Shown piece by piece: positions 12,294 through 25,069 of a stretch of 64,000 nt of DNA. Every line of letters starts with the position of its first letter. Positions within the stretch are counted from its first letter, which is position 1. This DNA comes from Mobula hypostoma. Lineage: Eukaryota. The translations under genes were made by a program, and so were the position numbers. Below the pieces are notes generated by a model. That model searched no databases, was not told where the DNA came from, and saw only the letters and a program-made list of their open reading frames with translations. The stretch spans positions 254,264,001-254,328,000 of the forward strand of contig NC_086097.1 of the NCBI RefSeq assembly GCF_963921235.1. Direction: 5' to 3'.

Positions 12294-14797
12294 TTGCAGC
12301 TGGAAATAGAAAAAACGTGTCAGAAGGAAAATATCAAGATAATTATGGGGGATTTTAATATGAAAGTGGATTGGGAAAGTCAGGAAGGTAATGGATCTCA
12401 GGAGAGGGAGTCTGTAGAATGCCTACAGGATGGCTTTTTGGAGCAGCTTGTCCAGAAGCCCACCAGGGGACCGGCTGTTTTGAATTGGTGCTGTGTAACG
12501 AACCTGAGGTGATTAGGGAGCTGGAGGTAGTGATCATAATATGATTGAGTTCAGTTTCAAATTTGAAAAGGAGAAGCTGGTATCAGGTGTATCGATATTT
12601 CAGTGGAACAGGGGAAATTACAGTGGTATGAGAGAGGAACTGGCCAAGTCGATTGGAAAAGTAAGCTAAATGGAGGGACGGCAGAGCAGAATTGGATGAA
12701 ATTCCGACAAGAAATAAGGAAAATGCGGGAAAAATATATTCCAAGAAAAAAGAAAATCATGAATGGAAAAATGGCATAAATGTGGCTAACGAGAGAGGTT
12801 AAGGCAAAAATAAAAGCAAAAGAAATGGCGTACAAGGAAGCAAAAATTAGTGGGAAAAATGAGGACTGGAAGACTTTTAAAAACTTACAGAAGGAAACTA
12901 AGAAAGTCATGAGGAAAGAAAAGATGAATTATGAAAGGAAGTTGGCAATTAACATAAAAAAGGATACTAAGAGTTTTTTAAAATATATAAAGAGTAAAAG
13001 AGTGACAAGGGTAGATACGGGACCGATTGAAAGTGATGCTGGAGAAATTATAATGGATAACAAAGAGAGGGCGGAGGAACTGAATGAGTATTTTGCATCA
13101 GTCTTCACAGTGGAAGACATGAGCAATATACCTGATAGCCAGAGGTATCAGGGAATAGAATTAGGTACAGTCAAGATTACTAGAGAGGAAGTGCTTGGGA
13201 AGCTAAGTGGACTAGGAATAGATAAGTCTCCCAGTCCGGATGAGGTGCACCCAAGGCTTCTGAAGGAGGTGGCTTTGGAGATTGTGGAAGCATTGGAAAT
13301 GATCTTCCAGGAATCAATAGACTCTGGCATGGTTCCGGAGGACTGGAAGGTCACAAATGTAATTCCGCTATTTAAGAAAGGAAGGAGGCAGCAAAAAGAA
13401 AATTACAGACCTATTAGTCTGGCATCGGTAGTTGGAAAGATATTGGAGTCAATCCTCAAGGATGAGGTTATGAAATACCTCAAGGTGCATGACAAGATAG
13501 GCGAAGCCAGCATGGTTTCATGAAGGGAAGATTCTGCCTCACCAACCTATTGGAATTTTTTGAGGTAATCTTGAATAAGATTGACAAGGGAGAGGCTGTG
13601 GCTGTTGTGTATTTGGATTTTCAAAAGGCCTTTGATAAGGTGCCGCATATGAGGCTGCTTAATAAGATGAGAGCCCATGGAATTATAGGAAAGATATTGA
13701 AATAGGTGGAGCATTGGCTGATAGGCAGAAAGCAAAGGATGGGAATAAAGGGATCCTATTCTGATTGGTTGCCGGTTACTAGTGGTGTTCCACAGAGGTC
13801 TGTGTTGGGGCCGCTTCTTTTTACGATGTATAGCGATGATTTGGATTATGGATTAAATGGTTTTGTGGCTAAGTTTGCGGATGACACCAAGATAGGTGGA
13901 GGAGCAGGAAATGTTGAAGAAACGGAAAGGTTGCAGGGAGACTTAGTCAGTTTAAGAGAGTGGGCAAAGAAATGGCAGATGAGATACAACGTTGACAAAT
14001 GTACAGTTGTACATTTTGGAAGAAGAAATAATCAGGCAGATTATTATTTAGATGGGGAGAAAATTCAAAAATCGGAAGTTCAGAGGGACTTAGGGGTCCT
14101 CGTGCAGGATACCCTAAAGGATAACCACCAAGTTGGATCGGCGGTAAGGAAAGCGAATGCTATGTTGGCATTCATTTCAAGAGGAATAGTGTTTAAGAGT
14201 AAAGAGGTGTTGATGAGGCTCTATGGGGCATTAGTGAGACCTCATTTGGAATACTGTGTGCAGTTTTGGGCCCCCTATCTTAGAAAGGATGTACTGATGT
14301 TGGAGAGAGTTCAGAGAAGATTTACGAGGATGATTCCTGGAATGCAGGGGCTAACATATGAGGAGTGTTTGTCAGCTCTTGGACTGTATTCATTAGAGTA
14401 TAGAAGAATGAGAGGGGATCTCATAGAAACATTTCGAATGTTGAAAGGGTTGGACAGGGTAGATGTGGAAAGATTGTTTCCCTTGGTGAGTGAGTCCAGG
14501 ACAAGAGGCCATAGTATTTGAATTAGAGGGTACCCAGTTAAGACAGAAATGAGGAGAAATTTTTTTAGCTAGAGGGTCGTGGATTTGTGGAATTCATTGC
14601 CACATACAGCTGTGGAGGCCCGATCATTGAGGGTGTTTAAGGAGGAGATTGTCAGGTATCTAATTAGTCAGGGTATCAAGGGATATGGGGAAAAAAACGG
14701 AAATTGGAACTAGATGGGTGAATAGTTTAGCTCGTGGGGGAGCTGCAGAGCAGACTCGATGGGCCGAGTGGCCTACTTCTGCTCCTTTGTCTTATGA
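12180..14797 (+). mobile_element. CR1 LINE ORF2 (partial endonuclease, RT, 3' UTR), disrupted
   Basis: [54 protein letters not shown]. Confidence 0.95.
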
Positions 14798-15445
14798 ATT
14801 TGTGATGAGGGATCTCTCTTATCGTCACCAGTCTGTGGGTTGGTGTGTTGGTACATGAAGTGATCACTGCAGAATCCTTGTGAAGGCAAAGGTCTGTCTA
14901 TACATTGAAGACTCCTTCCCACCAGCTTGATCAGCGTATCCACCATGCCCATTAGGCTTGCCAGTTTAAAACAGGATCCATAAAATGCTGTGTCTCAACA
15001 GTAGCAGTTGAAGTGTGTGTGCTATCACATCTTTTAAGTCATGCCCCAAGATAAGAGTCAAGTTCAAGTTTATTGTCATCTGGCTGTACATATATACAAC
15101 CAAACAAAACAATGTTCCTCCAGACCAAGGTGCATCCACACAACATACATCACACACAGCACGTAAAACAAAATATTACCATCAGTAAGTTAATTCAAAA
15201 ATATACGTACTTTGCAGAACAGGTAAGCAGTAAACAACTGTCATAGTGACAAGACCTCGGCGGTGGCAAGGTATTCAAAGGTCAAACAGAATCCATGTGC
15301 CTCAGCAAGTATGTTTTAAATGTTGTTCATGTGTTTGCCTCTACAGCTACTTCTGGCAACGTGTTCCACATACAATTTTGAAATTTTGATATAATGCAGC
15401 ACAAAAAAACCAATAAGATAAAGAACACGATAATATACAAAAGCA

Positions 15446-15446
<1 letters not shown>

Positions 15447-15478
<32 letters not shown>
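15447..15478. repeat. (CA)16 microsatellite
   Basis: Direct reading. Confidence 0.95.
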
Positions 15479-15482
<4 letters not shown>

Positions 15483-15536
15483 TGATTGTATGTCCATAAA
15501 GTGACACTCGGCACAAAAGCGTCTGTACGCAAGATA

Positions 15537-16750
15537 AAAGACCATAAGATATAGGAGCAGAATTAGGCCATGTGGCCCATCGAGTCTGCTTCACTGTTTT
15601 ATCATGGCTGATCCATTTTTCCTCTCAGCCCCAATCTCCTGCCTTTCATCCATATCTTTGGATGCCCTGACCGATCGAGAATCTCTCAACCTCTGCCTTA
15701 AATATACATAAAGACTTGGCCTCCACAACCGCCTGTGGCAAAGAACTCCACAGATTCACCACTCTCTGGCTAAAAAAAATTCCTCTTCATCTCTGTTCTA
15801 AAAGGACACCCCTCTATTCTGAGGCTGTGTCCCCTGATCTTAGACTCTCCCATCATAGGACACATCCTGCCCACATCCACTCTATCAAGGCTTTTCCCCA
15901 TCCAATACATTTCAATTAGGTCACCCCTCATTCTTCTGATTCAGAATCAGAATCAGGTTTATTATCACTGGCATGTGTAGTGATTCCAGTGAATCCAGGC
16001 CCAGAGCCATTGAACACTTTTCATATGACAAGCTGTTCAATCCTGGAATCATTTTCCTGAACCTCCTTTAAACCCTCTTCAGTTTCAGCACATCCTCTCT
16101 AAGATAAAGAGTACAAAACTGCTTACGATACTCCATGTGAGGCTTCACCAGTGCTTTATAAAGTCTCAACGTTACATCCTTGCTTTTATATTCTAGCCTC
16201 CTGAAATGAATGCTGCCATCACATTTGCTTTCTTCACCACAGACTCAACCTGCAAATTAGCCTTCAGGGAATCCTGCACGAGGACTCCCGAGTCCCTTTG
16301 TGCCTCAGATTTTTGTATTTTCTCTCCAGTGAGAAAATAGTCAACTCTTTTATTTGTTCTACCAGAGTGCATGACCATAAACTTCCCAACACTGTATACT
16401 ATCTGCCACTTCTTTGCCCATTCTCATAATCTGTCTAAGTCCTTCTGTAGCCTCTCCATTTCCAAAAAAACTACCTGCCCCTCCAGCCATTTTTGTATCA
16501 TCTTCAAACTTTGCAACAAAGCCATCCGTTTCATCATCTAAATCATTGATGTGTAACGTGAAATAATTGGTCCCAAAACTGATCCCTATAAAATACCTTG
16601 AGTTACCATTCAATAGATTTCAATTAGATCACCCATCATTCTTCTGATTCCATTGAATACAGGCCCAGAGCCATCAAATGCTCTTCATCTGACAAGCCGT
16701 TTAGTCCTGGAATCACTTTCATGAACCTCCTTTAAACCCTCTCCAGTTTC
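15537..16750 (-). mobile_element. Degraded CR1 3' half
   Basis: INDLDDETDGFVAKFEDDTK and QRDSGVLV; a tiny insert at ~15943-15980 is flanked by TGATTC. Confidence 0.85.
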
Positions 16751-16751
16751 A

Positions 16752-19410
16752 ATGGACAATAGACAATAGGTGCAGGAGTAGGCCATTCAGCCCTTCGAGC
16801 CAGCATCACCATTCACTGTGATCATGGCTGATCATGCACAATCAGTATCCCATTCCTGCCTTCTCCCCATATTCCTTGACTCCACTATCTTTAAGAGCTC
16901 TATCTAACTCTTTCTTGAAAATATCCAGACAATTGGCCTCCACTGCCTTCTGAGGCAGAGCATTCCACAGATCCACAACTCTCTGGGTGAAAAAGTTTTT
17001 CCTCAACTCCGTTCTAAATGGCCTAGCCCTTATTCTTAAACTGTGGCCTCAGGTTCTGCACTTCCCCAACATCGGGAACATGTTTAGTCATAGTAGTCAT
17101 AGTGATAGTCTTAGTCATACTTTATTGATCCCGGGGGAAATTGGTTTTCGTTACAGTTGCACCATAAATAATAAATAGTAATAGAACCATAAATAGTTAG
17201 ATAGTAATATGTAAATTATGCCAGTAAATTATGAAATAAGTCCAGGACCAGCCTATCGGCACAGGGTGTCTGACCCTCCAAGGGAGGAGTTGTAAAGTTT
17301 GATGGCCACAGGCAGGAATGACTTCCTGTGACGCTCTGTGCTGCATCTTGGAGGAATGAGTCTCTGACTGAATGTACTCCTGTGCCCACCCAGTACATTA
17401 TGTAGTGGATGGGAGACATTGTCCAAGATGGCACGCAACTTAGACAGCATCCTCTTTTCGGACACCTCCGTGAGAGAGTCGAGTTCCATCCCCACAACAT
17501 CACTGGCCTTACGAATAAGTTTGTTGATTCTGTTGGTGTCTGCTACCCTCAGTCTGCCTCTAGCGTGTCCAATCCCTTAATAATCTTATGTTTCAATCAG
17601 ATCGCCTCTCATCCTTCTAAATTCCAGTGTATACAAGCCAAGTTGCTCCAATCTTTCAACATATGACAGCCCCGCCATCCTGGGAATTAACCTCATGAAC
17701 CTACGTTGCACTCCCTCAATAGCAAGAATGTCCTTCCTCAAACTTGGAGACCAAAACTGCACACAATACTCCAGGTGGGGTCTCACCAGGTCCCTGTACA
17801 ACTGCGGAAGGACCTCTTTGCTCCTATACTCAATTTCCCTTGTTATGAAGGCCAACATGCCATTCGCTTTCTTCACTGCCTGCTGTACCTGCATGCTTAC
17901 TTTCAGTGACTGATGAACAAGGACACCAAGATATTGTTGTACTTCCCCTTTTCCTAACTTGACACCATTCAGATAGTAATCTGCCTTCCTGTTCTTACCA
18001 CCAAAGTGGTTACCTCATATTTATCCACATTAAACTGCATCTGCCATGCATCTGCCCACTCACCCAACCTGTCCAAGTCACCCTGCATTCTCATAACATC
18101 CTCCTCACATTTCACACTGCCACCCAGCTTTGTGTCATTTACAAATTTGCTAATGTTACTTTTAATCCTTTCATCTAAATCATTAATGTATATTGTAAAT
18201 AGCTGTGGTCCCAGCACTGAGCCTTGCGGTACCCACTAGTCACTGCTTGCCATTCTGAAAAGGATCCATTAATCCCTACTCTTTGTTTCCTGTCTGCCAA
18301 CCAATTTTCTATCCATGTCAGTACCCTACACCCAGTACCACGTGCTCTAATTTTGCCCACTAATCTCCTATGTGGGACCTTATCAAAGGCTTTCTGAAAG
18401 CCCAGGTTCACTACATCCACTGGCTCTCCCTAGTCCATTTTCATAGTTACATCGTCAAAAAATTCTAGGTGGTTAGTCAAGCATGATTTCCCCTTCATAA
18501 ATCCATGCTGACTCGGACCGATCCTGTTACCGCTATCCAAATGTGCTGCTATTTCATCTTTTATAATTGACTCCAGCATCTTCCCCACCACTGATGTCAG
18601 GCTAACTGGTCTATAATTCCCTGTTTTCTTTCTCCGTCCTTTCTTAAAAGGTGGGATAACATTAGCTACCCTTCAGTCCTCAGGAACTGATCCTGACTCT
18701 ATAGAACATCGGAAAATGATTAACAATGCATCCACGATTTCTAGAGCCACCTCCTTAAGTACCCTGGGGTGCAGACCATCAGGCCCTGGGGATTTATCAG
18801 CCTTCAGTCCCATCAGTCTATCCAGCACCATTTTCTGCCTAATGTGAATTTCCTTCAGTTCCTCTGTTACCCCAGGTCATCTGGCCACTATTACATCTGG
18901 GAGATTGTTTGTGTCTTCTCTAGTGAAGGCAGATCCAAAGTACCTGTTCAACTCATCTGCCATTTCTTTGTTCCCCATAATAAATTCACCCGTTTCTGTC
19001 TTCAAGGGCCCAACTTTGGTCTTAACTATTTTTTTTCTCTTCACATACCTAAAGAAGCTTTTACTATCCTCCTTTATATTCTTGGCTAGCTTACCTTCGT
19101 ACCTCATTTTTTTCCCCATATTGCCTTTTTAGTTATCTTCCATTGCTCTTTAAAAGTTTCCCAATCCTATGGCTTCTCGCTCATCTTTTCTATATCATAC
19201 TTCATCTCTTTTATTTTATACTGTCCTTGACTTCCCTTGTCAGCCACGGTCGCTCCTTACTCCCCTTGGAATCTTTCTTCCTCTTTGGAATGAACTGATC
19301 CTGCACCTTGTGTATTGTTCCCAGAAATACCCGCCATTGTTGTTCCACTGTCATCCCTGCTAGGGTACCTTTCCAGTCAACTTAGGCCAGCTCCTCCCTC
19401 ATGGCTCCAT
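16752..19410 (-). mobile_element. CR1 LINE ORF2, interrupted by a Rex1-like fragment
   Basis: [37 protein letters not shown]; (CTATTGT)n tail. Confidence 0.95.
17086..17552 (-). mobile_element. Rex1/Babar-like 3' fragment nested in CR1
   Basis: Close match to 9530-9968; RKSFLPVAIKLYN; TGACTA-type tail. Confidence 0.9.
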
Positions 19411-19491
19411 GGTCCCCTTTGAGCACATCCTTTCGAAGATAAAGGTAACCCTGTGGAACACCAACCAGAAAAGGCTCCCTTTATTCCCACT

Positions 19492-20337
19492 AACAACAGG
19501 AATTCTGCAGATGCTGGAAATTCAAGCAACACACATCAAAGTTGCTGGTGAACGCAGCAGAGGATCATGGGACAGGAGGTCCGGGAAGAAAGACAAGGGG
19601 GGGGTACCCAGAGGATGGGCAAGAGGTATATTCAGAGGGACAGAGGGAGAAAAAGGAGAGTGAGAGAAAGAATGTGTGCATAAAAATAAGTAACAGATGG
19701 GGTATGAGGGGGAGGGGGAGAGGTGGGGCCTTAGCGGAAGTTAGAAAAGTCGATGTTCATGCCATCAGGTTGGAGGCTACCCAGACGGAATATAAGGTGT
19801 TGTTCCTCCAACCTGAGTGTGGCTTCATCTTTACAGTAGAGGAGGCCGTGGATAGACATGTCAGAATGGGAATGGGATGTGGAATTAAAATGTGTGGCCA
19901 CTGGGAGATCCTGCTTTCTCTGGCGGACAGAGCGTAGATGTTCAGCAAAGCGGTCTCCCAGTCTGCGTCGGGTCTCGCCAATATATAAAAGGTCACATCG
20001 GGAGCATGGGATGCAGTATATCTCCCCAGTCGACTCACAGGTGAAGTGTTGCCTCACCTGGAAGGACTGTTTGGGGCCCTGAATGGTGGTAAGGGAGGAA
20101 GTGTAAGGGCATGTGTAGCACTTGTTCCGCTTACACAGATAAGTACACGGATAAGGAGGGAGATCAGTGGGGAGGGATGGGGGGAACGAATGGACAAGGG
20201 AGTTGTGTAGGGAGCGATCCCTGCGGAATGCAGAGGGGGGGGAGAGAAAGATGTGCTTAGTGGTGGGATCCCGTTGGAGGTGGCGGAAGTTACGGAGAAT
20301 AATATGTTGGACCCGGAGGCTGGTGGGGTGGTAGGTG
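19492..20337 (-). mobile_element. Penelope-like element 3' fragment encoding a GIY-YIG endonuclease
   Basis: FTCESTGEIYCIPCSRCDLLYIGETRRRLGDRFAEH; 9-bp TSD ATTCCCACT at 19483-19491 and 20338-20346. Confidence 0.92.
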
Positions 20338-21458
20338 ATTCCCACTCTTAGCTTCCTGCCAATCAGCCACTGCTTTATCCATGCTAGTATCTTTCTTGTA
20401 ATCTCATGGGCCCGTAGCTTGTTAAGCAGCCTCATGTGTGGCACCATATCAAAGGCCGCCTGAAAATCCAAGTACATAACATCAACTGATTCTTCTTTGT
20501 CTATCCTGCTTATTATTTCTTCAAGGGATTCTCACAGATTTGTCAGGCACAATTTTCCTTTGAGGAAAACATGCTGACTACAGCCTATTTTATCAAGTGC
20601 CTCCACGTACCCCGAAACCACTTCCTCCAACATCTTCCCAACCTTTGAGGTCAGACTAACTGGCCTATAATTTCCTTTCTTCGGCCCCTCTCCCTTTTTG
20701 AAGAATAGAATGACATCTGGAATTTTCCAGTCTTCTGGAACTATTCCAGAAACTAGTAGTTCTTGAAAGGTTATTACTGATGCCTCCACAATCTCTTCAG
20801 CCACCTCTTTCAGAACCCTGGGGTGTACACCATCTGGTGCAGTGAACTTGTCTACCTTCACTCCTTTCAGTTTCCTAAGAACCTTCACTCGAGTTATGGT
20901 AATTTCACACTCTTCATGAGCCCTGCCATCCAAAAACTCCACCATACTGATGCCAAGTGATGACTGGTGCGAAATACTTATTCATTTCTTGTCCCCCCAG
21001 CATAATTTTCCAGTGGTCAGAAATTAACTCGCTCGTCTCTTTTACACTTTATGTATCTGAAGAAGCATTTGGTATCCACTGTAATATTATTGGGTAGCTG
21101 ACTTTCGTATTCCGTCTTTACCTTCTTAATGACTTTTTAGTTGCCTTCTGTTGGTATTTAAAAGCATCCCAATCCTCTAATTTCCCACAAATGTTTACTC
21201 TGTTATATGCTCTGTTTTTGGCTTTTATGTTGGCTTTGCCTTCTCTTGTTAGCTACGGTTGTGTTACATTTAGAATACATCTTCTTTGGGATTGCCTCCA
21301 GAAATTCCAGTCATTGCTCCTCTGCCATCATCCCTGCCAGTGTTTTTACCCATTCAATTCTGGTCAACTCCTCTCTCATGCCTCCGTAATTCTCTTTGCT
21401 CCACTATAATACTGATACATCTGACTTTAGCGTCTCCTTCTCAAATTTCAGGATAAAT

Positions 21459-23997
21459 ATGTAGATAAACCTACAAGAGGAGAGACTGTACTTAATTTGG
21501 TATTGGGAAATGAACCTGGTCCGGTGTCAGATCTCTCAGTGGGAGAGCATTTTGGAGATAGTGATCAGAATTCTATCTGCTTTACAATAGCATTGGAGAG
21601 AGATAGGAACAGACAAGTTAGAAAAGCGTTTAATTTGAGTAAGGGGAATTATGAGGCTATCGGATAGGAAATTGGAAACTTAAATTGGGAACAGATGTTC
21701 CCAGGGAAAAGTAAGGAAGAAATGTGGCAAATGTTCAGGGGATATTTGTGTGGATTTCTGCATAGGTACGTTCCAATGAGACAGGGAAGTTATGGTAGAG
21801 TACAAGAGCCGTGATGTACAAAAGGCTGTAATAAGTGTAGTCAAGAAGAAAAGAAAAGCTTATAAAAGGTTCAGAGAGCTAGGTAACGTTAGAGATCTAG
21901 AAGATTATAAGGCTAACAGGAAGGAGCTTAAAAAGGAAATTAGGAGAGCCAGAAAGGGCCATGAGAAGGCCTTGGCGGGCAGGATTAAGGAAAACCCCAA
22001 GGTGTTCTACAAGAGCAAGAGGATAAGACATGAAAGAATAGGACCTATCAAGTGTGACAGTGGGAAAGTATGTATGGAACCAGAGGAAATAGCAGAGGTA
22101 CTTAATGAATACTTTTCTTCAGTATTCACTATGGAAAAGGATTTTGGTGATTGTAGGGATGACTTGCAGCAGACTGAAAAGCTTGAGCATGTAGATATTA
22201 AGAAAGAGGATGTGCTGGAGCTTTTGGAAAGCATAAATTTGGATAAGTCGCCGGGACCGGATGAGATGTACCCCAGGCTAATGTGGGAGACGAGGGAGGA
22301 GATTGCTGAGCCTCTGGCGATGATCTTTGAATCATCAATAGGGATGGGAGAGGTTCCGGAGATTTGGTGGGTTGCAGATGTTGTTCCTTTATTCAAGAAA
22401 GTGAGTAGAGATAGCCCAGGAAATTATAGACCAGTGAGTCTTACCTAAGTGGTTGGTAAGTTGATGGAGAAGATCCTGAGAGGCAGGATTTACAAACATT
22501 CGGAGAGGTATAATATGATAAGGAATAGTCAGCATGGCTTTGTCAAGGGCAGGTCGTGCCTTACGAGCCTGATTGAAATTTTTGAGGATGTGACTAAACA
22601 CATTGATGAAGGAAGAGCAGTAGATGTAGTGTATATGGATTTCAGCAAGGCATTTGATAAGGTACCCCATGCAGGGCTTATTGAGAAAGTAAGGAGGCAT
22701 TGGATCCAAGGGGACATTGATTTGTGGATCCAAAATTGGCTTGCCCACAGAAGGCAAAGAGTGGTTGTTGACGAGTCATATTCTGCATGGAGGTCGGTGA
22801 CCAGTGGTGTGCCTCAGGGATCTGTTTTGGGACCCTTACTCTTCGTGATTTTTATAAATGACTGGATGAGGAAGTAACACACATCAAAGTTCCTGGTGAA
22901 CACAGAAAGCCAGGCAGCATCTCTAGGAAGAGGTACAGTTGACATTTCGGGCCGAGACGTCAAATGTACCTCTTCCTAGAGATGCTGCCTGGCCTGCTGC
23001 ATTCACCAGCAACTTTGATGTGTGTTGCTTGAATTTCCAGCATCTGCAGATTTCCTGGTGTTCGGATGAGGAAGTGGAGGGATGGGTTAGTAAGTTTGCT
23101 GATGACACAAAGGTTGGAGGTGTTGTGGATATTGTGAGGGCTGTCAGAGGTTACAGCACAACATTGATAGGATGCAAAACTGGGCTGAGAAGTGACAGAA
23201 ATAGTTCAACCCAGATAAGTGTGAAGTGGTTCATTTTGGTAGGTCAAATATGACGGCAGAATATAGTATTAATGGTAAGACTCTTGGCAGTGTGGAGGAT
23301 CAGAGGGATCTTGGGGTCCGAGTCTATAGGACGCTCAAAGCAGCTGCGCAGGTTGACTCTGTGGTTAAGAAGGCATACGGTGCATTGGCCTTCATTAATC
23401 GTGGAATTGAATTTAGGAGCTGAGAGGTAATGTTGCGGCTATATAGGACCCTGGTCAGACCCCACTTGGAGTACTGTACTCTGTTCTGGTCGCCTCACTA
23501 CAGGAAGGATGGGGAAACCATAGAAAGGGTGCAGAGGAAATTTACAAAGATGTTGCCTGGATTGGGGAGCATGCCTTATGAAAACAGGTTGAGTGAACTC
23601 GGCCTTTTCTCCTTGAAGTGTCGGGGATGAGAGGTGACCTGATAGAGGTGTATAAGATGATCAGAGGCATTGGTCTTGTGGATAGTCAGAGGCTTTTTCA
23701 GGGCTGAAATGGTTGCCACAAGAGGACACAGGTTTAAGGTGCTGGGGAGTAGGTACAGAGGAGATGTCAGGGGTAAGTTTTTTACATAGAGTGGTGAGTG
23801 CGTCGAATGGGCTGCCGGCAACGGTGGTGGAGGTGGATATGATCAGGTCTTTTCAGAGACTTTTGGATCGGTACATGAAGCTTAGAAAAATGGAGGGCTA
23901 TGGGTAGGCCTAGTTATTCCTAATGTAGGGACATGCTCGGCACAGCTTTGTGGGCTGAAGGGCCTGTATTGTGCTGTAGGTTTTCTATGTTTCTATG
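21459..23997 (+). mobile_element. CR1 LINE ORF2, 5'-truncated
   Basis: [49 protein letters not shown] tail. Confidence 0.95.
22876..23063 (+). mobile_element. Palindromic Penelope-derived mini-insertion (188 bp)
   Basis: ~75-bp inverted arms; perfect 12-bp TSD GGATGAGGAAGT at 22864-22875 and 23064-23075. Confidence 0.9.
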
Positions 23998-24837
23998 AAT
24001 TTGATTACTTGGGTTCTTTTAATTGAAGCTCACTGATCAATTCTGGTTCATTGCACAACACCCAATCCAGAATAACTGATCCCCCAGTGGGCTCGACCAT
24101 GAGCTGCTCTAAAAGCCATCTCTTTGGCATTCTAAAAATTCCCCGTCTGGGGATCCAGCTGATTTTCCCAATCTACCTGTATATTGAAATCCCCGTGACT
24201 ATTGTAACATTGCCCTTTTGGCAAGCATTTTCTGTATCCCATTGCAATTTGTAGACCACATCTTACTACTGCTTGGGCGTTTGTATACAACTCCCATCAG
24301 GGTCTTTTTACCCTTGTAGTTCCTTAGTTCTATCCACAACGATTCAACACTTTATGACCATATGTCACCTCTTTCTAATGATTTAATTTCATTTTTTACC
24401 ATTAGAGCAACATCAGCCCCTCTGCCTTCCTGCCTGTCCTTTCAATACAATGCATATCCTTGGACATTAATCTCCTTGCAATAATCTTCTTTCAGCCAGG
24501 ATTCAGTTATGCCTGCATCATACATGCCAATCTGTAACTGTCCTTCTGTTGAGGTGACTGACAGAAAATTATAAAGTAGTGCTGGTTGGGGGTGTGGAGT
24601 CCATGAGCAGGGTGGGTGGGATCCTTCATGACGTCACTGGCACTTTTCTGTGTCTGTGTCCTTGACGGCAGGTCAGCCTACCAGTTGCAGAGCCGTTCTG
24701 TCCGCCGCAGTGCGGTTTCCGTACCATGCAGTGATGTTTGTTAGATTCGTTAGAGCTTGATTGTCATTACTGAGGGGCAACGAGATTGCAGTGCTATGCC
24801 ATTCATTGCAAAACAGCATAAAAACACAATTCTGTTG

Positions 24838-24975
24838 AGTCCTGAAAAATGGTATCAGCCCGAAGCGTCGGCTGTTTACTCTTTTCCATAGATGCTGCCA
24901 GACCTGCTGAGTTCATCCAGCTTTTGTGTCTGTTACTTTGGATTTCCAGCATCTGCAGATTTTCTCATGTTTGTA
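24838..24975 (+). mobile_element. Penelope-like terminal fragment with decayed hammerhead core
   Basis: agtc-CTGAAAA..GCCC-GAAG-CGTC-ggct, then ATAGATGCTGCC...TTCCAGCATCTGCAGA. Confidence 0.7.
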
Positions 24976-25069
24976 AAAACAGTGATTAAATTTCATATAA
25001 TATCTGACTTAATTGGAATGATATCTAAGTTACCAATGAATTAAAAATAACCAATTCTAAAATGGGGCT

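Larger units (their letters stand above)
19449..24545 (-). mobile_element. Older CR1 (19449-21458 plus 23998-24545) interrupted by Penelope and CR1 insertions
   Basis: YLDFQAAFDMVPH, NYRPVSLTS, CLTNL; endonuclease-like sequence resumes after 24000. Confidence 0.8.

Noticed and set aside
19731..20477. Novel RT/GIY-YIG fusion protein (248 aa)
   Set aside because: The 9-bp TSD shows a Penelope fragment inserted by chance in frame into a dead CR1.
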